Origin: Phyllobates terribilis
Taxonomy: Eukaryota
NCBI RefSeq assembly: GCF_046119375.1
Contig: NW_027366100.1
Coordinates: forward strand, 1-64,000
DNA length: 64,000 nucleotides
Direction: 5' to 3'
Shown here: positions 12,796 to 25,600 of the stretch, in pieces
How the letters are laid out: every line of letters starts with the position of its first letter
Position numbering within the stretch: the stretch's first letter is position 1
Position numbers and translations under genes: made by a program
The notes under the pieces: generated by a model
Database searches by the model: none
Told to the model about the DNA's origin: nothing
The model's input: only the letters and a program-made list of their open reading frames with translations

Positions 12796-13685
12796 CTCAC
12801 GGTAGACCGGATAGGCGGTTCTAGGATAGATGCAAGGAGCTAGAGGAAGAGAGAAGTAACTCGATGTGTTACGATGCTGTGCAAAGAGGACTCTAGGCTT
12901 ATGTTTGCAGGAAAAAAGGTTTTCGTATGAAGCATATGAGCTCTATAAAAAGACTACGACATGCTAACCGAAGGTAAAAGAGCGATAAAGAAAACTGTGG
13001 TTAAAGTGTGTACCGTGGTAGCCCGTAGATATAACAAAAGTCAAGAAAAATACCACAAAAATGTTGTAATTTTGCACATTTTGTAAAAACAGTTGTCAGT
13101 AGGGAAAGCGTGTTTTTTTTACTAGTTTATTAACGAGAACAACTTGATCATGAAAAAAACTACAATTAACCAAGAGAAAAAGGTAACTGACTAGGAAACA
13201 AGAGGTGTTGATCACTTATGCACATTCAAGAATTACTTTTTTCCAGCTTGTGATCAAGGATTAGCATAATCATGCAGCTCAGATGTTCTTGTCTAAAGAT
13301 GAACAAGTCAATCCCATTGGCAATCTGTTAAAGCTCATTCACCTCTTGGTGTTCTACAATGTCATCCCAACACTTGAGCTTGTTTATTTTAGTACTATTG
13401 AGCTCCTTCACCAACGGAGACTCTTTCTCAAGCATGTAGACATTGCCCTCCTTCAAGCGTTTTTTCACCAGCTCAACATAGAGGAGTCTATGCAATTAGT
13501 AGTTATTAATATGCTATTAGGGAGTTTTTGTATGTCTTTAGGAAGTATGATGAACTTAAGAAATGCTAAGAGAGCTGAAGAACGAAGGTTATTTAGGCCC
13601 CGTTTGTTATAATGTCCCGGAAACGTAAATGGAAAGGAAACAAATCTAGATTAACGTTATTGTTCATTGGTCGAGGTGATTTTGT

Positions 13686-13816
13686 GACTTGCAACTCACT
13701 AAAAGATGGTCTTATGACCCCTTCGGCAATGTTATTTGTTTCCGTAATACGAGGGTGTGGTTTCAACTACCCTTGATGAAGGGAGTCATAAGATCATCTC
13801 CTATGAGTTGCAAGTT
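13686..13816. repeat. Small hairpin/MITE-like element
   Basis: About 40-nt inverted arms (GACTTGCAACTCA...ATGACCCCTTC and GAAGGGAGTCAT...TGAGTTGCAAGT). A related copy lies at about 41160-41235. Confidence 0.55.
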
Positions 13817-13833
13817 GTGAAACCATCTCGACG

Positions 13834-16800
13834 TGTAAAACCAGATCCGATTTCGAACCTAAATTTTGACCTAGATCTAGCATGCAAATAATGAAAACAA
13901 CACAAACGAACAACACACACAAATGTTTACGCATTCCGGACAAATTGTCTTACATCTGCGGGCCTCAAGATGAGAGTCATATCCACTATGCACAATCTCA
14001 ACAAATACAGTAAGAGGAAGCAATCCTCAGTTTATCAAGCCAAACACACAAGACAAATGTAAAGCAAGATTAAGAGGTAAGAACACTTCCTAATCAAGCC
14101 AGATACTGAGGGAGCGTGCCAGCAGGAGCCCTCCGTTCAACCTCTTTGAGTTTCTGGAGTGAACACCGAACAAGGAAGGAGCCACAACCACCAAGAGAAG
14201 CTCAAACCACCGTCGAGCTTGCCAGATCCAGACTTAACACGAGATCTGCCAAGAATCACCACCAATCGCCAAAGGGAGCGCCGCAGAGACAGAAGGGAGC
14301 TACGTAGTGATAAGTGTGGAGTTAGGGTTTCAGAACCCCGATTCCAGCTTATATAATAAGCTCAACCGAACCCGGTTCAAACCGGTTCATTTAACCTCCG
14401 AGATGGGCCGAACGGAGTGGGCTTCTTGGGCTTCTTCACAAGAGTCTCCTTTGTTCTGGGCCTCAACACAATCATCGGACCAGATTTACATAGCTTGACT
14501 TATTACAAATTACATATAATCCTAACAATTACCCTCCTAATTTGTCATTCTGTGCAAAGCCCTAGTCCTTATCTGTCAAAATCACAACCATTGCATAGAC
14601 CAGAGAGTGGATACAACTCTCTCCATCGTCGGCCTCATCTCATTCAAGGAACATCCCATATGTGTAGAGAATCCCTACAAAAATGAAATTTATCAGCTGT
14701 CACAATCTTTGTACCAAGATCAGCAGGGTTATTGTCACCCTTAATTTTAGCAACAACAATATGTTTCTGTTCTACCAAATCACATGTAAAATGAAGTCTA
14801 ACATCTATTTGTTTTGACCTCTCATGATAGACAGGGTCTTTGCATAAATACAAGGCACTTTGACTATCAACAAATATAGTAGGAACATGAATAACAGACT
14901 GTATTTCATTTAGCAATCCAGAGAGCCATATAGCCTCCTTTGCAGCCTCAGTTACTGCGATATACTCAGCCTTGGTAGAGGACAAAGCAACCACATACTG
15001 TTGCTGGGATTTCCATGAGATCACATTTCCAGACCAAGTGAAATAATACGAAGTGGTCGATTTTCTATTATCCTTATTACTTGCATAATCAGAATCCACA
15101 TAGCCAATCAGCTCATTTTTATTAGCATGCTCAGTATAGTTTAATCCAAGGTTTTTAGTCCCATTTATATATCTTAGGGCATATTTCATCCCATTCCAAT
15201 GACTTTCACCAGGATTAGACATAAATCAACCTAACACACTAATAGAAAAAGGCAAATCAGGTCGAGTACACAACAAAAAATACATAATGGAACCCAAAGC
15301 AACATCATAAAGAACTTTAGACATTCTATCTATGTCATTCTGACTAGAGGGACAGTCCTCCTTAGTAAGAACTAAGTGCCCTCCTAAGGGTATGGATGTG
15401 GGTCTAGAATCCAACATATTAAATTTCTCTAAGACCTTTTTCACATATTCTTTATGAAACAACCACATAGTCTTATGTTTTCTATCCCTTATTATCCTAA
15501 CCCTTAAAATCATTTGAGCTGGGCCTAAGTCCTTCATATCAAAATACAGCTTTAAGTCCTTTTTAACCCCAGTTATATGAACTTTAGAACTGCTTATAAT
15601 TAGTATGTCATCCACATAGAGTAACACATACAAAGGATTGTTGGACTTAGCATTTTTAAAATATAGGCATGTATCATAACTGGTTCTAGTGAATCCTAAC
15701 TTTCTCATACAAGAATCAAACTTAAGGTTCCATTGTCTAGGGCTTTGTTTAAGTCCATAAATAGATTTCCTAAGTAAGCAAGCATGATTAGGATTAATCT
15801 TATCTATAAATCTCTTAGGTTGTTTCATATAGATAGTTTCATTTAGGTCACCATGAAGGAAAACAGTTTTTACATCCATTTGTTCTAAATCCCGGTCAAA
15901 CACAGCACACATAGCAAGCAACAATCTCATGGTTTTGTATGTAATCACAAGAGCAAATATATCATTATAATCCAGCCCCTCTCTTTGAGTAAAACCCTTA
16001 GCCACTAGTCTAGCTTTAAACCTAGGAGGATCCTTTTGACTATTTCCACTTTTTATTTTATAAATACATTTACAATCTATGAGTTTAGCCTTAGGTGGAG
16101 GTTCTACTAAGTCCAAGTCTTATTATGTTTCATAGACTCGATTTCATCTTTCATAGCAAAAATCCACATTTTAGCATGCTCACAGTTTATAGATTGTTCG
16201 TATGTATCAGGAAGAAAAGCATGATCAATGGAAGATGCAGAAATAAAAGCATAGTCAACAAGTCCTGGTGTAGAAGCTAACCTAGTATCATGCTCAACAT
16301 TATTGGATGAAAGCCACTTGTTTGGAATTCTAGTCCTAGGGGCCCTATCCCTAGTCAATTGGTAATTACTCAAGTCAACACCATCATTAGGTTCATAATT
16401 AGCATGCAAGTCATGATTAACAGAATTATCAGAATTAGCAAGCATATGAGATGGTTCGACATTACCAGATTGCGTGTTACTAGAATATACAGGAATAAGG
16501 GAAGTTTGAGAATTATTTTCTTCCCCAGTTTCTCCACCATAATGTTGCATCGCATGATCACTTTCTGAATTTTGGCCTCCATTATCAATGGGGCTATCAG
16601 AATTACTTCTCTCATTTGTGTAGTCACCACCCGAATCATTTGGAGTTAGAGTAATGCTACCCACATCTGGTACCTCTTCATTAGGCACTTCATGATTATT
16701 AGGAATATAGAACTGGGTAGTGTCACTAGTATCATTTTTCACACTATGATTATCTACATTCTCAAAAACAGGAGTCAGTTTCTTAAAGGGGAAATTAGTC

Positions 16801-19110
16801 TCATCAAATTTCACACTTCTAGAAACAATCATTTTATAACCATGGGGTTGTATAACTAACAGCTTATAACCTTTAACCCCTTCTGGGCAACCCATCATGA
16901 CACACTTTATGGCTCTAGGTTTCAATTTTTCTTGTGAAATCTGAGAATAAGCTGAGGACCCAAAAGTCCTTAAAAAACTAAGGTTGGGTTTTCTGTTATT
17001 CCACATTTCATAAGGTGCCTTAAAACCTATAGTCATAGAGGGTGATCTATTTACTAAGTATGCAGTTGTAACCATAGCTTCACCCCATAGCACATGATTA
17101 AGGCCAGAACTAATCAACATATATCTAGTCTTATTTAGAAGTGTTCTATTCATTCTTTCTGCTGTCCCATTCTGCTGAGGCGTTCCTGGGACAGTCAGAT
17201 GCCTTTTAATCCCATTTTGAGTACAATAATAATTAAGTTCCTTATTACAGAATTCTAACCTGTTATCAGTTCTTAAGCATTTAAGTTTTTTAGTACATTC
17301 ATATTCAACCTTTAATTCCCGGTTTAAGAAGGTAGTAAACGCATCACTCTTATTTCTAAGTAGAGTAACCCATACCTTTCTAGAATACTGATCTATAAAA
17401 GAGATAAAATATCTCTTACCTCCCACAGTACTCACTTGGGAAGGACCCCACAAATCTGAATGCACATACTCAAGAGCGAGATTAGCAACATATGAAGATT
17501 TATTGAATGAGCTACTAGTCATTTTACCATATATGCAATTCTCACAAAAACTTAAGTTAACAAGTTTTTTTATCTATAATACCATGTTTATACAAGCTCT
17601 CTAGTCCTTTATTTCCTATGTGCCCTAACCTATTATGCCAGATTCTGGTTTGATCGAGGTTTAGATTAACATTAGAATTTATAAGGTTTAATTCAAGTGT
17701 AGCCATAACATGATATAAGCCACCCTTCCTAATACCTTTAATAAGGGTGATTTGATCTTTAATAATCTCATTTATACCATTACTTGTTGCTTCTTGCATT
17801 TGGGTCACAGCCCTATAACATTTCTCCTTTATCAGTATAGCTCTTATTTTGACTTGCCACATAGAAAAGTCAGACGAGCCATCAAACAGCTTCATACGAG
17901 TGATGTTGTCTGCCATGTCAAAAGCAGTGGCTTTGTAAAAATGAACTTATCAGATGTACACACTTAAACAACAACCAAATGCAAGAAGTAACAAGTAGGT
18001 AGGCAACGCAGTGACTACCTAGGTAAGCCCTGTTTTTATCAAGTATGTTATACAACACTCAAGTTGTATTTATACTTAGAAATAAAAGCAAGATTTACTC
18101 AACACAACAGTGAGTCTCAACACAAGCCAAATATCGAGAATATATTCAGCAAGTCTCAATGAATCTGTCACACCAGACAGAATCACATATCTTCTCTAAA
18201 TAAAACCACACAAGGTCACAAAGAAGCACATATCAAGATTATATGCAACAATAACTCACACAAGAATCAAGGCATAGGTCAAGATCTCAGTCCAGCGGAA
18301 GCAAAGGTCACAGGCAAGATCAGAACAAGCACACGATTTCCTAAACATGCAACTCTACAATCACACAAGATCGAGAAAGACATGAAATCAAGGAAACCTG
18401 GCTCTGATACCAATTTGTAAAACCAGATCTGATTTCGAACCTAAATTTTGACCTAGATCTCGTATGCAAATAATGAAAACAACACAAACGAACAACACAC
18501 ACAAATGTTTACGCAGTTCGGACAAATTGTCCTACATCTGCGAGCCTCAAGATGAGAGCCATATCCACTCTGCACAATCTCAACAAATACAGCAAGCGGA
18601 AGCAATCCTCAGTTTATCAAGCCAAACACACAAGACAAAGGTAAAGCAAGATTAAGAGGTAAGAACACTTCCTAATCAAGTCAGATACTCAGGTAGCGTG
18701 CCAGCAGGAGCCCTCCGTTCAACCTCTTGGAGTTTCTGGAGTGAACACCGAACAAGGAAGGAGCCACAACCACCAAGAGAATCTTGAACCACCGTCAAGC
18801 TTGCCAGATCCAAACTTAGCACGAGATCTGCCAAGAATCGCCACCAATCGCAAAAGGGAGCGCCACAGAAAACACAAGGGAGCTACGTAGTGATAAGTGT
18901 GGAGTTAGGGTTTCAGAACCCTGATTCCAGCTTATATAATAAGCTCAACCAAACCCGGTTCAAACCGGTTCATTTAACCTCCGAGTTGGGCCGAACGGAG
19001 TGGGCTTCCTGGGCTTCTTCACAAGAGTCTCCTTTGTTCTGGGCCACAACACAATCATCGGCCCAGATTTACATAGCTTGACTTATTACAAATTACATAT
19101 AATCCTAACA
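13834..19110 (-). mobile_element. Tork/Tnt1-like Ty1/Copia with both LTRs; gag core and protease deleted
   Basis: LTRs 13834-14527 and 18416-19110 (about 33 differences by eye). Perfect TSD CGACG. PBS GGCTCTGATACCA at 18400-18412 and PPT next to 14528. Confidence 0.95.
14644..17916 (-). pseudogene. Disrupted Copia polyprotein: gag N-terminus, GAG-pre-integrase, integrase, RT, RNase H
   Basis: KLFDGSSDFSMWQVK, WHNRLGH, HSDLWGP, LRTDN, QNGTAERMN, FKARLVAKGFTQ, LYVDDILI, GYVDSDYA and AEYIA, with frameshifts or stops between domains. Confidence 0.9.
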
Positions 19111-19284
19111 CGACGAATGAACAATAACTCAAGCTTGTCTAAATTCATTTCCTTTCCGTTTCCAGAAAACTATAACAAACAGGGCTTAGATCGATCTTAA
19201 AGAAGGATAGTGATGTGAAGATGCCACACCAAGAAGAAAAGAAGTGTCCACGAATGAAGATGGAGACCGTGAAGATTGGTCCCG

Positions 19285-19485
19285 TTTCAGGCTAGGCGGG
19301 CTAGGCAATAGAATTAGATCTTTCTTTTTTTTCCTTTAAATTTAAATTTCTCCCTCATTCTATCAAAAAAAAAAAATTCTACCATCTACTTCGCTAAAAA
19401 TATTAAAAAGTCTAGGATCCCGTCTAAACATCCAGACGCTAGACCCTCACTGTCTAACACTCGTCTAGCGATTTTTAGAACTGTA
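19285..19485. mobile_element. Truncated hAT-type MITE
   Basis: Right end TAGCGATTTTTAGAACTG with CTAG-rich subterminal repeats. The left TIR was not found. Confidence 0.4.
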
Positions 19486-20757
19486 ACTATATGTATATGA
19501 AATTATTATTTATATTAAGATATATGGCTTCATAATTAAAGTTCGCGCGAAAACTTCTATATGTTTGGCTCTGGGCTGATGTGATATTATTTTTATCTGT
19601 CTAGAACTCTCTTGGATACAGTTGAATTGGCTTCGAGTTAACCTGATCAACAAAGTTTCCCAGTTCAATCAGATTCTGATAATGTTAGATTTTGATTGTG
19701 AGCCAATGCATAAAACTTCCATTTTAACTTACATTTATAGTTTTCTTGTGCGGATCGGCTGGATCAATGTGACTATAAAATCTAATTCGAACCGATTTTT
19801 ATCACACGGGTCTGGTTGATTTTAGCAGCAAACCAGACTTAGGCTCTGCTTGACGAAGCCCTTGCCTCTCCAGTCTCCACAAGTACTTGCCCTTCGTGTA
19901 GCGTAGTTGATTGGTCAATCAAAAGCGAGTCCTTTTCAAGTTTTGGTCGGCATTATATATTTTTTGGTTTTGGAGTCGGTATTATATAATACTGTATGAT
20001 GCAAAACAAAGTCAATTTGGCCACGCAAATTTCGTCGAAGTACTAGTATATAATTAGCATGTGGAAGGCGAGACCATAATGAAAACGAGTTGACTAAACA
20101 GTCTTGACCCGTTCTAACCCCTTCTAAGTCTAAACTCCCTTCTTACTACATCGTAAGTTGAGAGATAACGTGTCCGTTATATAAATTCATATATTACTCC
20201 TCCTGTTGTCAATTGGTTTTAAATACAATAATATTTTGTTAAGATTATTTAAAAAAAGAAAAATATGTATTTATATCCAGAGATACTACTTTTTTATATT
20301 TTGAATAATATTTTATTAAGATTATTTAGAAAAAAAAAGTATGTATTTATATCCAGAGATACTACTTACTAAAAGAAATTAATAACAATCTAAATGATCA
20401 TGATTTCTACCGTTACCTGATTATAGCATCATCCGATAATAATAAAAAATCTACCGTCAATGACACGAATAAGTAGTTTTTTTAAAAAACGTCCTTAATC
20501 TACAACAGGAAGATTCATAACCACAATAACAAGGGTTAAGATACTAAACTCATCCTATGTTGCTGATGTCTGTACAGAAGTTTTATTCAGGTAATAGCGA
20601 AAATCTCGCTAAAGAATGGTGAACAATAAATACAACATAAAGAATGTTAGGAAACTCTAATTAACCGTTCAATACGAAACTATGATTATGGACTACATAA
20701 TAATACCAATAATGGTCATCTAAGCTATCTCTGTTAACGCCAATGGTACATAGTAAA

Positions 20758-22087
20758 TCAGACATAATGCTGCAGTTGAATCACCATGACACTAATGTCG
20801 TCAAGTGAACCACGAGAAGCAGATAAATCAACCAGCTTTTTACAAGCAGCAAGTGAATCAAGAGGTCGTGCAATATCAACTGCCTCCTGATCAGTCACTT
20901 TATCCCACAATCCATCAGATGCAAGAATCAAGAACTCGTGATCTGATTCAATCCTATGAATTTTAGTTTCTGGCTCCGATATAACCCATTGCTTCAAGCT
21001 CCGGTCTCCAATTGACCTTGATACAGCTAAAGAGCCTTGGATTCTCCATACTCCATGGTAACAGTCAATGTATCCACCCTGAAGAGATTAAACAAGAAAC
21101 AATGTCAGTTTAAGTTGGAAATGGTGGGGGGTTTGTCATGAAATTGGGAATTAGGGTTTTTTGTTCTTACAGTGGCTTCAATTCGTTCTTTCTCGTCTGG
21201 CCGTGAAGGGCGGTGATCTGATGTTAATGGCTGAGCAGTGCCTGCTTTGCTTACAACAGCTCGGCAATCTCCGGCGTTTGATACCACAAGGTCCCCGTTG
21301 CTGATCAAGGCGGTAACACAGCATGATCCACCACGCAGATCTTCTTTTAGGAAGTCGGAATCTGTTTTCAAGTAGCCGCGTTTAACTGCTTCCTGGAGAT
21401 AAATCTCGGATTTGTTTCTAGATACTTCCTCCATTATGTTCTTCTCAATGTGCTTAGCAGCGAATTCAGCCGCTTTGCATCCACCGTGCCCGTCAAATAC
21501 ACCGAAGAATGCCTGAATTGATTCAATTAAACACGGTTTTGATTTGGTCAGAGAAAATTCCAGATCCCCAAATTGAACGGGAAACGTAAACGCTAATTTT
21601 ATACAGAAAACCCTAATCTTGCAACGGAACCAGCAATTACCTGTTTGGGATTGTGTTGAAGATCGAGAGAAGCACAGTATCGATCCTCCATAACCGCCCT
21701 CTTCTTCCCTCTCTTGCAATAAACGGAGTAATAACCATCTTTGTCCTCCTCGACAAAGCTATCCGGCGCCGGGCCCCTGGGCGTCGCAGCCTGACCTCCG
21801 AAACCTAACGAAATGATGGGAATATCGAGCCTAGCGGGCCTCTTCCTCTTCAACGGCACCGGAGGAGACAAATTGGAAGTGGAGGAGAAATCCTCATCTT
21901 TGAATGCAGTTCTCAAAGCGAGAGAGGAAGGAGAGGAGGAGCAGTTGGAAGGGGAAGAAGTGGAAGCAGAAACCCTACAAGAGAAGGGATTGTGCCTGTA
22001 GAAGAAAGCCGGAGAAGATGAGTTGGCAGAGGAAGATGGGGAGAAAGCAGGGGAATTGGAGATGGCGATCGTGCAACTGCCGGACAT
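20758..22087 (-). CDS. PP2C: Clade-B protein phosphatase 2C (AP2C1/MP2C-like MAPK phosphatase); exons 22087-21641, 21512-21171, 21078-20758
   Basis: Kinase-interaction motif LKRKRPARLDIP, plus MEDRY, FGVFDGHGG, SNAGDCRAV, SDHRP, LAVSRSIGD-type segment and LILASDGLWD. GT-AG introns are in phase. Confidence 0.95.
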
Positions 22088-22214
22088 GTCTTCTTCTTCG
22101 ATTTAGATCGGAAAATGTCTGTCTTCTTCGTTACTTTCCTGTGCTATTTGGTTTTGGGTGTTGTTGAGTGATTGAGAAATTAATTTGAGGGAGAAAGGAA
22201 AGGAAAGGACGGAG

Positions 22215-22345
22215 GTTTTTATATAACGGGCAAAAATAGATTCGTTTGTTACGGGAGTCAATGTGGTCCCCACTAGGGCTCCGTGTGTAAAGACTAAAGA
22301 GTGCGTGGCTGTTATGAGTTGTTTTTTCTTCTTTGACCAGTTTCA
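22215..22345 (-). promoter_or_regulatory. PP2C proximal promoter: TATA box and two W-boxes
   Basis: TATATAA at about 22219-22225, AGTCAA (TTGACT on minus) at about 22256, and TTGACC at about 22333. Confidence 0.45.
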
Positions 22346-22684
22346 ATTTCCCTGTATAGACTATTCCAATATTGCCCTTGCTTTTTGCTTCAGATACACT
22401 TGGTCTTATCTTAAGCCTATTCTGTCCGAACAAAACCACGTCGATACTTCGAATTTGTACATTAAATATCTCAGGAATTGCTTTTAAGTTTTTAACTCCT
22501 GATATCTTTTAAAAAAAACTCCTGATATCCCTTCAGTTTTTCTGATATAAGTCTTAAAGTATTACTTCTTTCGTTATATAATGTTGTTTGTTCCTATATT
22601 TTTAGAGTTTATTTATTGAGACATATTTTATATTTTAAATATTTTAAATATATATTATTAAAAATAATAAAATTTATATATAGT

Positions 22685-25600
22685 TGTGAGAGCATAATTT
22701 ATTCCTAAAACTAGCTCATTAAATTAAATAGAATTAAATGTAATTAGAAAAGATAAGGAGGGGCAATTTAGGAAAATATATGTTTAGGGTATTATTTAAA
22801 GACTCCCCTCCCTGCTCTTGGATTTATGTTTTTCTCATTCTAAGAAATACAGCAGTTCTTCCAGAAGCTCTTTTTCTCCATTAACAGGTGATCGAAAGTT
22901 CCTTTATCTATTTCACTTCGTTCAATTTTATGTAACGACATTTGGCGCCGTCTGTGGGAACGAGGTTGATCTATGTTAAAATTGATTTTATTGTTCGATT
23001 TGACTGTACGATTTTACTGTTCATTCTACTGTTCGAATTTTCCTGTTTGTGACATCGGCCGGTCGCGATGGCACCACCGAAAGGCCGTTCGAATTTTCCC
23101 CGTTCACAAGAGTCACGCAGAGCCGTAATTCACACAACTAAGTCAGAGGTAAACAATGAGGTTCTCGAATTGGTAAACAATTCTCAGAGTTGGGGTTTCG
23201 AATGCCGGTTATGAGATTGAAACCCGGGAACTCAAGGTGGTCGCCGGATTTCGAGTCCATATTCGAGGAAGTAGGGTCGAATTTGGTGGATTTGCGCCAA
23301 CAATTTGCCCCGGTATTTTCTCCAGCACTTTCCTCTGATCCGTGGTGGCTCGGATTTTCCCAATCGGGGCAGTAGGTATCGATTTCATCCGGTTTGCAGC
23401 GCCAGTTGAAGTCCATCGTCATCAATTTCGCGGTTTCGACCTCGGATCCAAAGGTTGAAGACAATCCAACCGAGATCGAGGTTTGGCTTCGTCCTCTTCG
23501 GCAAAATTCGGGCGTCATCGGCGTCGATTTGCAGGCCAAAACTAGGGCATTTGGTTCGGAGGAAGATTCTACCCCGGATTTCCATGCTAGGCCGCCGATC
23601 TTGCCAACTTTGGGTTCAGTCGATCAGTTTCTGGGCAGACCACCGCCGGGTCTTGAAACTTGGGAGGGCTGGCAATGGCGGACGTTGGCGTTGTGGGGAG
23701 GAAGATGGAGCCCCAATTCACGCATCAATAAACTCAGGCGAGATGTGCGGGAACGGCCGGCGTGATCTCCGTAACAAACTGCGTGTCTGGGTCGTCATGG
23801 AGAAGGCGACAGCGTGAAACAAGGAAGACGAAGTCGCCTGGATTGGGCCCAATTTGGACTTCACGGCGCAGACTGAATTGGAGAGGGCGGCCCAATTTTG
23901 GACTTTACAGTGCAGGCCCATTACTACTTGGGCCCATAACAAAATTGGCTTCGCCCAAGTTCAATGTGTTAGACTGCGCCGGATGGAGGCCATAAATCTC
24001 GAATTTGGGCCAATACCATATTGGGGAGGGAGAGGAAGGCCAAGAAAGAAGTCTTCCAACAAGCCCAATAACGAGTCTGAATTGGGGAGGGAGGCCATAA
24101 ATCTCGAATTTGGGGCAATACCATATTTCAGAATTGCATTTGGGCCAATACCATATTTCAGAATTGCAATTGGGCCAGTACAAATCCAAATTACAATTTC
24201 GTTATTGGGCCGGGAGCCACCATGTTTCAGGGGACATTCTCAATCTATCCTTTTTCCGTTATAAATATTTCGTATATTTAAGGTCGCATGATAGCGTAAC
24301 GTTAGATGGATTTTAGGCGATCGTATTTTTCGTTATAATAATCATGCGCACTAAGATTAGATAAAATGATATCTTTCATTATTTCTCATTAATTAATGTA
24401 CGTGAGGTCGCATGATAGCGTCACGTTAGATGGACTTTAGGCGATCGTATTTTTCGTTATAATAATCATGTGCACCAGGATTAGTTGGAATGATATTTTT
24501 CATTATTTCTCATTATTCTTTCGTCATTTTTCATTATTTTCCATTATACTAGTAAAATATCGTCGGGAAGTGGGATACTCGGCCGAGTATCCGGACGAGT
24601 ATACCCGGCAGCGGGATACTCGGTCCGTAGGTATCGGATCAAATAATAGATGGAAATTTTAGCATCTTCTTCGTTTTAGTTACTCACCTCGGTCTATCGT
24701 CTTATTTATGTGATTAATAGTAGCACTTTCGGAACCATGGTAGCTGACGAGGACATAGCAGCGATGGAGTCCGAATTCATTGAGGCGATCGAAGAGCGTG
24801 ATCGGCGCGTGTTGGCAGTCGAGGCAGCCTTGGAAAAAGCTCGTGCTGAAGCAGACGCCGCGCACCTGGCACTAGAAGAGGAACGCAGAAAGAACGAAAT
24901 ACTGGCGGGAAAGAAATCAGCGGATGACTCGGCGAAGACAACAGGACATCGCCGGTTATCAAGCGTCCTCGAGATCCTGAGACCCCCGAGCACAAAGGCT
25001 ATAGAGGAAACGGCGGCTCATCACGCTAGCGAGAATCGAGGGAAAGGTTCGGATCCCGGACGATTCACCAGCGGGAGGGAATTGGGCGTCGGCGGAGGAT
25101 CCGGGCACCATCGAGGCAAGACTTAGGTGAGCAAGGTCGTGAGAGTAACTCGGCGAGACGTTTGATCAACGTGATCGACGCGGCGATCAAGCAGTCTGGA
25201 GCGCACAGGCACAGTTACAGGAAATGCTGTCACGAGTTGGAGGTCCTACGAGTTGATGGTGGTCATGCAAAACGACCTAGCAACAAAGGACCTCTCGTTT
25301 TGGATTTCACACAGTCGGATATGGAGGGGATGCAGCACCCGCACAATGATCCGCTGGTCCTTACGGTTGGTATTAAAGATTGTGACGTTAGGCGGATCCT
25401 GGTCGACTCTGGAAGCTCTGTGGAGATCATATTTTACAGCATGTTCAAGAGCTTGGGGAAGAAACAGGAGGATCTGGTCCCGGTCTCTATGCAGTTGACC
25501 GGACTAGGGGCACACTCCGTTTGGCCGCTGGGGATGCTAAGGGAGATCGTCACCCTACACGGTAAATCCGTGGAGACAGAATTCCTGGTGGTCAATACCC

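Larger units (their letters stand above)
9592..13036 (-). mobile_element. Tat-like Gypsy fragment (gag-like start plus an LTR from about 10191), interrupted by nested DNA elements; boundaries approximate
   Basis: TGTACA start at 10191 and a CCGATGCTCAAGTCAG motif typical of Tat LTRs. Charged ORF remnants at 9600-10000. The sequence resumes after the MITE at 12796. No canonical PBS was recognised. Confidence 0.5.

Noticed and set aside
13283-13612. 109-aa ORF and an opposite-strand frame (RLKEGNVYML)
   Set aside because: No recognisable family, and the minus frame has stops.
14116-14686. Short ORFs here and at 18464-19200
   Set aside because: They lie within the Tork LTRs and are not conserved in frame between the two copies.
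20227-20366. About 77-bp tandem duplication downstream of PP2C
   Set aside because: Ordinary AT-rich local duplication with no functional signal.
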